Shown piece by piece: positions 1-9,446 of a stretch of 64,000 nt of DNA. The stretch is from Schizochytrium sp. TIO01 (taxonomy: Eukaryota; Protista; Bigyra: Labyrinthulomycetes), in NCBI GenBank assembly GCA_004764695.1, contig SMSO01000014.1:2847648-2911647 (forward strand), given 5' to 3'. The position numbers and the translations under genes were made by a program. The first letter of the stretch is position 1. Each line of letters starts with the position of its first letter. The notes beneath the pieces are model-generated. The model saw nothing but the letters and a program-made list of their open reading frames with translations. It was not told where the DNA came from and searched no databases.

Positions 1-1
1 C

Positions 2-367
2 GCCAAGCACGAAACGCTTGTTACTCGATCTAAGCTAAATTTGATTGATCTTGCTGGGTCTGAGCGCCTTGATAAAACCAATGCATCTGGCGGAATGCTA
101 ACTGAAGCAAAAGCCATCAACAAGTCTCTTTCGGCTCTTGGAAACGTTATTCAAGCGCTTGGCAACGAGAAGAAAGATCACGTACCTTTTCGTGATTCAA
201 AGCTCACTTACTTACTACAAGATTCTCTTTGTGGTACTTCCAAGGTATTGATGTTTGTGAACGTCTCTCCCGTGGAATGGAATTCACAAGAAACTTTATG
301 TTCACTTACATTTGCTCAACGATGCCGCCGCACTCAGCTGGGCCAAGCTGTAAAACAGAAACAGTGA
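2..367 (+). CDS. Kinesin with C-terminal motor domain (kinesin-14/KIFC-like), 3' part only
   Basis: Frame is open from the window edge. It contains [12 protein letters not shown] (switch II), [29 protein letters not shown] and ETLCSLTFA; the motor ends just before the stop, indicating a C-terminal motor. Confidence 0.93.
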   Translation, partial: AKHETLVTRSKLNLIDLAGSERLDKTNASGGMLTEAKAINKSLSALGNVIQALGNEKKDHVPFRDSKLTYLLQDSLCGTSKVLMFVNVSPVEWNSQETLCSLTFAQRCRRTQLGQAVKQKQ

Positions 368-1367
368 AACAGTAACGCACCTCAGCATGCCTGTATTTTC
401 TACAAAGAAAGAAATGGATATGGCGCAAGTACTGATTGTTGGCCGTGGAGGGTTAAGGAAAGAACCAACTCTTCAATATCAAAAAACTACAATCCTTAGC
501 AGCTCTTCATGAATAAATCGTAATCTGTACTGCACCTCCCTTGCATTGTGCGCATGTATGTCTAATGAGCTGCTCTTATCGAACAATCATGTTGCTCGTT
601 TCTGATACGTTTTCGTTCATGAGCAGATACAAATAGTTCATAGGTGTTAGATTATGGTGGTACGTAGTACCTAGGTAGGTTGTAGTAGGTAGATAAACCC
701 ATACTATTCTTTTGTTTACCTTTTGTTGATTCCTTTATTTCTATTTTCAAACATTGGACCACAGTTATAGTATACGGTATGACGGTGACTCAATGGGATC
801 CTTCACCCTCGGTTGGTATAGAGCATCATGAGATGAAACAAACTTCTTGGTTCTCATCGACTTTGAACGGAGTGGACTTATCCTGCTCCTTGTCCCCCCC
901 CCCCTTGAACAGAACCAGACTCATTTGCTAGTTCATCGTTCGGAATGGTTATTTGCCATCTTGATTCTGTCTTCAAAGTATAGAACTTGAATTGCTCCTT
1001 TCTATCTTAAAAAATAATATATATTAAAAAAATAAAAAAATAAAAACTAGGATTTCCCTTTTTATAAAACGATCTTTCGCTGGTTATGACATCACTATCA
1101 GCTCTTAGTAGAAATATAAGACGAGAAATAAAGATCCATAAACTTGACAAGGAAATATTCGGGATCGTCATCCAGTCCGGAATCCAGCAGTTCCCAATCG
1201 CCAAAAGCCACAGGACAGATCTCCTTGGGGCTCTGGAGGTGCGTGGACCTGGCGCTGGTGAGAAAGTTTGCGATCAACTCGAGCTTGACTAAATCCCACG
1301 TCTTTAGGGAGGAAGGCTTAACTTGGGCAAGACTCGAGAAAAGGTTGGGTTGACCTTCAACTCAACA

Positions 1368-2783
1368 ATGACTTCGTACTTTGAGGATAAAGATGCAAAG
1401 TGGTTTGCAGGCGCAGGTGCTGGAGTTGCATGCGCATTGATCTTGGGCCGAGCAGCCTTGAAAAAAGCCAAGAGGATTCATGACATGGAAATTGATGTCA
1501 ATACACTCAAGCCAGGATTTGAGAGCGTTCGCGATGTGTTCGAAGCGAACTATCGTGAGGGCCGTGAAGAAGGTTCGCAGCTTGCTGTCTACGTGAACGG
1601 CGAGCTTGTAGTAGATCTGAACGGAGGCCGCAATAAAGAGCGCAAGCTTGCAGCTGATGACCTCACCGTCATTTTCAGCTGCACAAAGGTGGTCGAGTCT
1701 TTGGCAATTGCTATGCTCGAAGATCGCGGGTTGATTGATTACGAGGCTCCCATAAGCAAATACTGGCCATCGCTAGGTCTCCATGCAAGCGTAACTGACC
1801 TCATGCGTCATGAAGGTGGTGTCCCAGTGTTTCAAAATCCACAAACGAAGGCCGAAGGACTGAAAACTTTTAGTGATCCTGATCTGACACAAAAGTATCT
1901 CGAGAACAACAAACCTGAGTGGATTCCAGAAAAGCCTACGAAGCGTCGTTTTTATCATGCTGTTACAAGAGGTATGTATGCCAGTGAAATTGTACGGCGT
2001 ACTGATGGACGGACGATCAAGGAGTTCATCGCTGAGGAAATCGTCAACAAGGACCCTTCAATCAAAGACTTTACTGTGGGTTGCCCTCCAGAAAAGCAAG
2101 ACAAGGTTGCACATCACTCGTTGACACAACCTCGCTGGTGGATTGTTCTTCGTTACTTTGCTTATTCGTTATTGCCTCGCTGGTTTCTGAGCCTATTCTA
2201 TGCTCCCCTTGATCAAATGATGCAAGCAGATATCAAGATTGCTGACAGTTTGCAAAAGAAGGGTTCAATCTATGTTCGCGCGCTTACGCTCTTTTCTGAT
2301 CTCCCCGCCAGTATATTGAACATTTGTAATGACCGCGATGTCCGAGCTCTCCCGCTCTCTTCAGTTACTGGAATTTCGAATGCTCGTTCCGTAGCGCGCA
2401 TTTTTAGTAACCTTGTCATGGGTGAATACCTCTCTGAGAAGGGTCTCAAGGCTGCTTTGGCGAATGACGTAAAACTCCATCCTCTGCATGTGGATGGGTA
2501 CATGCATCGCGCAATTACCATGTCAAATTGTGGTTGGGGCCTTGACCGTTACAAGCGATTTGAGTTCGACCGCATGCTGGGGCTCACAAAGGAGATCTTT
2601 GAGGCTCCAGGCTGGGTTGGCTGGGGTGGTGTCGGAGGCAGCGTTCTTGTCTTCAATCCAGAACTCAAAGCCTCATTCTCGTTTAACGTGAATGGACTTG
2701 ACTCCCAGAACTTCAAAGCCCGTGGCGTACGTCTTCTTCACGAGGTGAATAAGATCCTCACGAGCTCCAAATCTAAGAATTAA
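1368..2783 (+). CDS. Beta-lactamase-fold serine hydrolase (family VIII esterase/EstA-like), copy 1
   Basis: SxxK motif (FSCTK), LMRHEGG, YHA and GWGGVGGS; N-terminal hydrophobic segment. First ATG at 1368 (the ORF track starts at an upstream TTG). Confidence 0.88.
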   Translation: MTSYFEDKDAKWFAGAGAGVACALILGRAALKKAKRIHDMEIDVNTLKPGFESVRDVFEANYREGREEGSQLAVYVNGELVVDLNGGRNKERKLAADDLTVIFSCTKVVESLAIAMLEDRGLIDYEAPISKYWPSLGLHASVTDLMRHEGGVPVFQNPQTKAEGLKTFSDPDLTQKYLENNKPEWIPEKPTKRRFYHAVTRGMYASEIVRRTDGRTIKEFIAEEIVNKDPSIKDFTVGCPPEKQDKVAHHSLTQPRWWIVLRYFAYSLLPRWFLSLFYAPLDQMMQADIKIADSLQKKGSIYVRALTLFSDLPASILNICNDRDVRALPLSSVTGISNARSVARIFSNLVMGEYLSEKGLKAALANDVKLHPLHVDGYMHRAITMSNCGWGLDRYKRFEFDRMLGLTKEIFEAPGWVGWGGVGGSVLVFNPELKASFSFNVNGLDSQNFKARGVRLLHEVNKILTSSKSKN

Positions 2784-3846
2784 AACTTCCATGGATGTTC
2801 TCAACTGTCTCAAGCATCCATCGTCTCTAAGATGATTTGACTGCGATTAATTTTCAGTGATGGTTCATTCGGCTTGTGTCTCGAGTCTACCTACTACTAC
2901 GTGCTGGTGCAAATGTGGCGCGTATACATATTTCACGGTTTTAAAAGCTAAAACACAGTTAAACGAAAATTGTGCCCAAAATAATCCAATATTATAGCAA
3001 CTTTTTTCGTATTTGGTTTCGCTTGGGCATTAGAATTGACAGACTCTCAAGGTAGTAGGTAGGTGGGTAGGTGGGTAGGTTGCTTGTTTACTGGCTGATT
3101 ATAATGAGTGACTGTTCCGGCTTCAGTTTGCAACCGAGCTAAAAAAATTTGAGGTCAAGTCAGGCCAATAAGTGTGGGTTCATCACCAAGTATTTAATCG
3201 AAAAAAAATTACTACTGCTTGGCATGATCACGCCCAGCTTTTGGAGGACCTTTACACTCTTACTAAATCTTCTGCGCTGACCAGGAACTAGGCAAATCAC
3301 AGGAACCAGGCGAGTCGCATTCCCCCCGCTACCAAGTATCGATGCAAGGTGCTTGGTTGGCTCTTGATCAAGCACATACTTTCTAATCTGCCAACGGATG
3401 TGAACTACAACCTCTCAGCATGGAATACAGCTCCTTAAATTTAGTGATGGTAGTATTTTTTTCATGAATGACTGCTTCATCTTTTTTTTCTTTATAAATA
3501 AAAATAATGACTTATATAAAACATGCTGGTAGGGGTGTGTGGTGCCCAAAAGAGCTGAGCATCTGACATTTCCCCCAAGTTTCAGGATCAAAGTTATCTT
3601 ACCGTGACGTCAAACACAGCAATGCTAAGTTCTTGAAGATATTAGCTTGCAGCTTAGCACACCAGAAATTGGGAAGGTAATGAACAATCTAGCAACATGA
3701 ATATTTACCAGACCAAGTGTATATGTTATGTACTTGGACAAGAAATCTGTGTTTGTGATTGTGAAATATGACATGTTGAAGTAGAGCTCGAACACTTGTT
3801 GATGTTGAGGTTGCGTAGACAAAATCTGGGCTGCTAACGTTGCACA

Positions 3847-5259
3847 ATGCCCTCAAGGAGCATTTTGCCCACTTGGGCATGGCTAGCTGGTGCATCGGCT
3901 GTCTTTGGTGCTGTTGCACTAGTAGGGCACGAAAAGTTTAAAACAGATGCTAGAACCCGCATTATCGTGCGAGAAACTAAAGTTGGTGAGGGCTTTGAGC
4001 CTGTTGCAAAAGCCTTCCAAGCCAACTTTGAAGAGGGTCGTGAGGCTGGTGCACAACTCGTTTGCTATGTCCAAGGAAAGAAGGTCATTGACCTGTCAGG
4101 TGGAGCTGACGAGCAAAAACAGCTCTTGCCCGAATCACTTGTCGTGATCTTCAGTTGCACAAAGGTCATTGAGTCACTCGTAATTGCGATGCTCCAGGAC
4201 CGCAACAAGCTACAATATGATGACTCGATCTCTAAGTATTGGCCCTCTTTACAAACCACCACTGCTACCATTGCAGATCTCATGAAACATCAATCTGGAC
4301 TGAGTTCTCTACGGGTACCTCCCACTCGGGAGGAAGGCCTTGAAATCTTGTCGGATCCAGACAAGACATGCGCCTTCTTGGAGGTAAATCAAAGTGAGTG
4401 GTCAGTTGATGAAAAGCCTCGTAGGCAACTCTACCATGCCCTTACTCGTGGCATGTACGCGAGTGAGATTGTACGCCGTGTTGACGGACGCACCATGTCA
4501 CAGTTTGTGCGAGAAGAAATCGTAGCCGGGGACCCAGAAATCGAATTTCACATCGGCTGCCCTGAAGAACTTCAACATCGTGTTGCAGAGCACTACATGG
4601 TTCAGTCTAAAATCTTTGTTGTGCTTCGAGTTTTGGCGTACTCTTTGATTCCCGCTTGGCTCCTGGCACATGTGTATGAACCATTAGATCAGCTCCAACC
4701 GTTTGAACTGGAAATTGTGCGCTCGTTCATCCGCAAGCGAGAGAACTTGCGTGCCATGACACTTCTGGGAGGCAGTGTACCTTCAACAACTGCAATGGCT
4801 AATGACCGCGACATTAGAGCTTTGCCTTTGTCTTCTGCTACAGGAATTAGCAATGCTCGTTCTCTAGCACGTCTCCTAAGTAATCTTGTAATGGGTGACT
4901 ATCTCTCTGCTGAAGGCATGGAAGCTGCAACCAAGGTGGATGACGTAAATCAGCCCGCGATCAAAGATGAGCTTCTCTGTCGCACCCTGAAGATCTCTGA
5001 TTGTGGCTTTGGTCTTGATCGTTTTGAACATTTCGAGACACACAGTGTCAATGGTGCCCCGACCCAGATTTGGGGAGCCCCAAACTGGTATGGCTGGGCT
5101 GGGGCTGGTGGGAGTGTACTTGTGTTTAACCCCGAGCTCAAAGCTTCATTTGCCTACACCGTGAATGGATTCGATGCGCAACAATTTAAAGCTCGCGGGG
5201 TACGTCTTCTTACTGCATTTCACAAATCTCTTGTCCAGTACAGCAATGAAAGAAGATGA
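3847..5259 (+). CDS. Beta-lactamase-fold serine hydrolase, copy 2 (tandem paralog)
   Basis: FSCTK, LMKHQSG, YHALTRGMYASEIVRR and GWAGAGGSVLVFNPELKASF, colinear with copy 1. Confidence 0.88.
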   Translation: MPSRSILPTWAWLAGASAVFGAVALVGHEKFKTDARTRIIVRETKVGEGFEPVAKAFQANFEEGREAGAQLVCYVQGKKVIDLSGGADEQKQLLPESLVVIFSCTKVIESLVIAMLQDRNKLQYDDSISKYWPSLQTTTATIADLMKHQSGLSSLRVPPTREEGLEILSDPDKTCAFLEVNQSEWSVDEKPRRQLYHALTRGMYASEIVRRVDGRTMSQFVREEIVAGDPEIEFHIGCPEELQHRVAEHYMVQSKIFVVLRVLAYSLIPAWLLAHVYEPLDQLQPFELEIVRSFIRKRENLRAMTLLGGSVPSTTAMANDRDIRALPLSSATGISNARSLARLLSNLVMGDYLSAEGMEAATKVDDVNQPAIKDELLCRTLKISDCGFGLDRFEHFETHSVNGAPTQIWGAPNWYGWAGAGGSVLVFNPELKASFAYTVNGFDAQQFKARGVRLLTAFHKSLVQYSNERR

Positions 5260-5684
5260 AAAACTTGTGATTTGCTGTTTATGATTCTTTGATGTCTTTG
5301 TTTTAATCCGGGTACCCCCCCTCGCTCCACACATTGCTTATGTAGTTTTTGGATTTTAAATTTGTCTATCTTTTGTTTACAACTATTGGCTGCTTATTTA
5401 TTAAGAAAAGGTTTTGATTGCGATATACTATTATTACTTTCACATTGAGCATAAATCAAAAGTTGAAATCATACATTACCTTAAAGAATCATGAAGTACA
5501 GCGCACTTTAAAAAGTTCAAATGGTTTAAAATTTATACCTAAGGCACAACGGAGGAAAATTAAAACGCTCGTCCACAGAGCAAAACTCACTTTTTTGGTC
5601 AGAACATGCAATGAAGCAGGTCTAGAATGAAAGTCAATAAGCGCCATGAGGAACGGAGGTCTACAAGAAAAGGGCTAACAAAGT

Positions 5685-7967
5685 CTAACGCGAACTATGC
5701 TTTTGAAGCCTTTGACTTGCAGCAAGCTGTTTCTCGAGTCGCTCACGCACAATATCCCGAGCTCGAGTACCTGTCGTGCAAGAGTGGCGGCTCGATTCTT
5801 TTAACACACGTGGCTTAACTGTCTTCTTTTTGGGTCTAGGGCCTGTCGAAGACATAGAGGCGGCTGCTTTAGTACTTTTCTTCTTCAATCGACTTGACCT
5901 TTCTAGCTCAGTTAGTACACTACGTTGTTGTAACTCGCTCTTCTCCAATTTGGTACGGCGATGTCGTGCAGCACTCAACCTAGAAAGATGTCGACTGGGC
6001 ACCTCGTCTTCCCAGCCTTGCATATTCACATAAATTTGTGAAGAGGAAGGCATTGAAGCCTGACTTCCTTCCTCTGACCCTGTGTCATCCTGGCCTCTAT
6101 CACCCTCAGTCAACTCATCGTTTTCTCCAACCGTCTCATCGATACCATCAAGTTCATGAAGGATCAGCTGGCTTCCATACTGCGAGATTTTCTGCTTTTG
6201 CTGAAAAAGTTGTTGTTGCTGCTGCTGTTGCTGGGCCTGTTGTTCCTGCTGAAATGTAATTAGTTGCTGCTGCTGCTCCTTGCCAAGTTCTAGAGCGGAT
6301 TTTGCTTGTTTTTCAACATTAATCAGCCTGTGATCAATGTCTTGAAGGTTTTGATCAAGTTTTAATTGAAGCGTGGAGCAACGCTCAGTAGCCGCTCGAA
6401 CTCGGCCCTCCAGTGCACTTATCGAAGAGGTGCCGCTCAACCCATAAGCAGCAGCCCCAGGAATACCAGGTTTTCCACCGAGAGCTTCGCTTGCTCCACG
6501 GCTTCTAAGCTGATCTAGACCTAGTAAAGCGTTCTCAATTTGCGGCTTGAGATCCCCAGCTAGTTTTTCAAGAGCTTCTCCAACCTGATCCTGAGTTGGC
6601 AACCCACGCACTGTCTCAAGAACCCTATCCAGGTCGGCCCTCAAGTGACCGATCTTTGCCGTACTCACCGCCTGAGCTTTTCGCTGCAATGGACCGCTCG
6701 AAGAAGGTGTCTTTTTCGTTTTTTCCAGCGCTTGGAGACGTTCTGTGAGAATCTCTATGGCCCGATCCATATCCTCTTTATTTGCCTTGCGGTGTATGGC
6801 GTTTGCCACTGATAGTTTGTTCGCTTTCTCAGCAGCAAGACTCCTCAATTCATCCTTGGCCACTCCCAAGCTCACGCGAGTCTCCAGCGTAGCCATAAGC
6901 TGTTGCATGTTTGCTTGCAGCGCTGCCAGTTTCTCTACTTGACGTACTAAGTTATTAAACTCGCGTGTTGCCGTGGTTCCTACTCTACCTCGCTGCGTAG
7001 TATTCTCGTCACTATCATTGGCGTCCGCCTCTGAGCGTTGTCCCTTAGCTCGTGCTTTGAGTCTCTGCACAGATTCTTCAATCTTTGATAGTCTATCTTC
7101 CAAACCTTTTCCCCGACTCCTGGCATCTTTGCCTGGAATGCCGCGGTCCTGGGTATACATTTGTAGCTGGTTTTCATCATAGTTCTGATTTTGGATCCGA
7201 GACTGGCCGCCGCTAGATACAGCTTTCACGGCCTCCTGGAGTTGCATTTGAAGGCCGTCTCTGTGGGCCTCTGCAGCACCGCGAACTTCGTCCCATCTGG
7301 TCTCATTTTGAGACCGTAAGGCGTTTTCTGCACGATCTACAGCTCGTTCAAGGTCGGTTTTAACAGCATTGAGATCAGACTTATTCGCCTTTGTGAGTAG
7401 GCAGCTTGTAAGGTATGCACCATCAGCCTTGAGGTCGATGTCTCGCCGCGCCTGTGCCACGCGTTCACCAATTAACTCAAGACCTGCCGCCTGCTTCGCA
7501 GCGAGTCCGCGCAGTTGTTCCTCAACCCAGTCCTGGCGAGCGGCGAGTCCTGCGGTGGCCGAGAGCGATGCTACAGTCGCTTTAAGTTCATCAATTTCTG
7601 CCCGCTGAGCCTTTGACGCCTGTGCCAAAGAGAAGATTTTGCGCCTTACCACCGCAGATATGTTTTTCCACGCGTTTCGTCCATGGAAGAGGTCGGAGAG
7701 CTCGCTTTCCGAGATCTCTCTTGTCTTAATCGCCACTGACGGAGAAGTTTTTGTTATTGAAGTATTGCCTGTGGTGGGGTTTGCCTTCTTCAAGCTAGAT
7801 TTTTGCAGACTTCCCTTTGTCCCTCTGTCAGCTCGCTTGTCCATTCCCGAAGTATTGAAAAATGGAGGCATGGGCTCTTCAAAGGCAAGGTGGGACTCCA
7901 GCTCGGCCATGGCGGCTGTCAGCTCATCCTCGGGGTCTCCGGCGCCATCACCCTGGTCGCGAGTCAT
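5685..7967 (-). CDS. Coiled-coil protein with KAD/KAN-type repeats and polyQ tract, function unknown
   Basis: 760-aa ATG-started ORF with heptad-rich sequence; KADGAYLTSCLLTKANKSDL and KANKLSVANAIHRKANKEDM; polyQ encoded at ~6205-6280. Confidence 0.75.
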   Translation of the reverse strand: MTRDQGDGAGDPEDELTAAMAELESHLAFEEPMPPFFNTSGMDKRADRGTKGSLQKSSLKKANPTTGNTSITKTSPSVAIKTREISESELSDLFHGRNAWKNISAVVRRKIFSLAQASKAQRAEIDELKATVASLSATAGLAARQDWVEEQLRGLAAKQAAGLELIGERVAQARRDIDLKADGAYLTSCLLTKANKSDLNAVKTDLERAVDRAENALRSQNETRWDEVRGAAEAHRDGLQMQLQEAVKAVSSGGQSRIQNQNYDENQLQMYTQDRGIPGKDARSRGKGLEDRLSKIEESVQRLKARAKGQRSEADANDSDENTTQRGRVGTTATREFNNLVRQVEKLAALQANMQQLMATLETRVSLGVAKDELRSLAAEKANKLSVANAIHRKANKEDMDRAIEILTERLQALEKTKKTPSSSGPLQRKAQAVSTAKIGHLRADLDRVLETVRGLPTQDQVGEALEKLAGDLKPQIENALLGLDQLRSRGASEALGGKPGIPGAAAYGLSGTSSISALEGRVRAATERCSTLQLKLDQNLQDIDHRLINVEKQAKSALELGKEQQQQLITFQQEQQAQQQQQQQQLFQQKQKISQYGSQLILHELDGIDETVGENDELTEGDRGQDDTGSEEGSQASMPSSSQIYVNMQGWEDEVPSRHLSRLSAARHRRTKLEKSELQQRSVLTELERSSRLKKKSTKAAASMSSTGPRPKKKTVKPRVLKESSRHSCTTGTRARDIVRERLEKQLAASQRLQKHSSR

Positions 7968-8191
7968 CGACCCTGCTTCCGTTGCTTATGTTGCTAACTT
8001 TGATCCTAATACCTGGTATCGGCGATCCTGCTGCCGCACCTAGGCACCCAAAGTCCAGGCAACCAGCCTTGACCGGGCGCCTGCGGCGGTTAGGTTGGGT
8101 GATTGAATAAACAATTAGTGAGTCATGAAACTTTGAGTCTTTACCTATAATAGGAAGCAGAATTAAAAGCTACCTACATGGTTGATTTCTT

Positions 8192-8290
8192 CCTTAGAAA
8201 TTATCATTATCCTATAAAATTTGCAAAACTTGCATCTCTCACAGTGACAAAGAGGGGCTAAAGCCCGATCGCAGGTTAGTTAAAAAACCA
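8192..8290 (-). ncRNA. Candidate Fanzor omegaRNA scaffold / element right end
   Basis: Directly 3' of the Fanzor stop: TGC(G)AT...ATGCA stem enclosing the hairpins GGGC-TTTA-GCCC and CTCTT-N9-GAGAG (8273-8231), plus an alternative TGCAA-GTT-TTGCA hairpin. Identified from position and base pairing only. Confidence 0.45.
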
Positions 8291-8660
8291 AACTCGCGAC
8301 TCAAAGACAATTGTTAAATCGTGTCCTTGGATAGATAGGTAGTGCAAAAGGATGCCTCTGGCGGCGTGGATATCACAATCGACTACGTGTTCGCATTTTT
8401 TAGGGGCATTTGAAAACCTTGGATGCTCCGAGCTTCTCGTGGATGGTATTAGATTCATTGCGCGGTTTTGATGTGCAATCATCTCAGAAAATAAACAGTT
8501 CACACCGCTGCCAAGGGTTGGCAATCCCGGCTTTGTGAATGAGCGCTTGGTAGAAGCCAACGAACGACACATCATTCTATCGGTCTTGATGTTGGTCCAT
8601 CTTGTTGACTTGTGGAGTTTCCAAATCTAGGCACTTCGATAGGTTTTACAGAGCCAAAGT
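8276..8660 (-). pseudogene. tnpB: Fanzor2/IS607-TnpB RNA-guided nuclease, C-terminal half, frameshifted
   Basis: Across frames: ALWLCKTY, VPRF/LETPQV, NIKTDRMM, SFVGFYQALIHKA, IF*DDCTSKPRNESNTIHEKLGASKVFKCP/KKCEHVVDCDIHAARGILLHYL. This matches the Fanzor2 pattern WLCxNY..LPxFET..KTxRxM..SHYxFxQxLxxKA..ExYTSKTCxxCGxIHxKLGGSKxFxCPxC..DRDxNGARNILLRYL. Confidence 0.88.
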
Positions 8661-9009
8661 GCAGGCCTGTTGAACCTGACTCCTCTACCGATGTCTTTGT
8701 AGACGGTGGAGGCCTCTGGATAGTCACGCTGGGTAGGCACCAATCTGGCATTTGTAGAACTCTTTTTGCCTTGCGGAGGACACTATGGCGTAGATAATAA
8801 GCTGCGGTCAGTGCTGCGTTGCTCGTGGCAGCCGGAACAAACCGCAGCCAAAGGTGCGCTCAATGTCTTCACTTGCGTGCATGCGATTGCCTCCAGAAGA
8901 GCCCCCGAAGGGATCTTGCTGAGATGCCAAACCTCCGGTTGAAGTACTTGGATCGTTTTAATTGAAGGTTTGCTCTGTTAGGAGCTTGGTGGTTCCTTGG
9001 CCATGCCAT
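8657..9009 (-). pseudogene. tnpA: IS607 TnpA serine recombinase, N-terminal half, frameshifted
   Basis: Across frames: KYFNRRFGISARSLR (MerR-like HTH), SGGNRMHASEDIERTFG, IIYAIVSSARQKE (8798-8760; cf. IIYARVSSxKQK) and YPEASTVYKDIGRGVRFNRPAL (cf. YPxxxVxxDIGSGLNFxRxGL). Confidence 0.85.
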
Positions 9010-9446
9010 ATTCTTACCTAACCTCAACTTCTCAAAACAAAGACCTATAACTAATAAAATATATCATTCACATGGAGTAGTCACTAGTACCATTTGAAGG
9101 GAATTCAAAATTCGTTGGAGAATATCATACGAAAAAAAAAACATGCCATCGTGGTTATGTGCGTTTGCTCTCTAGAGCTCGTTCGTTTTTGAAGGCCGAG
9201 ACCACTCGACAGCGAAAGCGAGGGCATGGTAAGCGTGATACACCTTAGGCACGAGCACAGGCACTCTCAAGCATGCTGTGCAGCGTGCGATGTGTGGTTT
9301 GTGATGTGTGATTTGGCATTTGGCATCTTTCAATTCTTCTTTGGAGTTTGAATAAAAAATCTTCCGTTTTTGAATTTGAATTTCAAAAAAAAAAGTTTGC
9401 CAACTTTGTTGAAGTTGGGATCCCTTGCGCACAAATCGTCAAACCC

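Larger units (their letters stand above)
8192..9070 (-). mobile_element. Degenerate, internally deleted IS607-family element (TnpA + Fanzor2/TnpB)
   Basis: Manual minus-strand translation gives IS607 TnpA motifs followed by Fanzor2 motifs in the canonical order. A structured 3' tail follows, and short motifs (AATGATA, TTATAGG) are shared by both ends. Boundaries are approximate. Confidence 0.85.

Noticed and set aside
3528-3615. GGGGTG...GCTGAG...CCCCC resembling a TPP riboswitch
   Set aside because: Lacks the conserved GAACCUGAU and GCGUAGGGA segments, and no thiamine gene is adjacent.
8276-8575. 99-aa ORF as an intact small gene
   Set aside because: It is a chimera of frames; only its last third is the true Fanzor reading frame.
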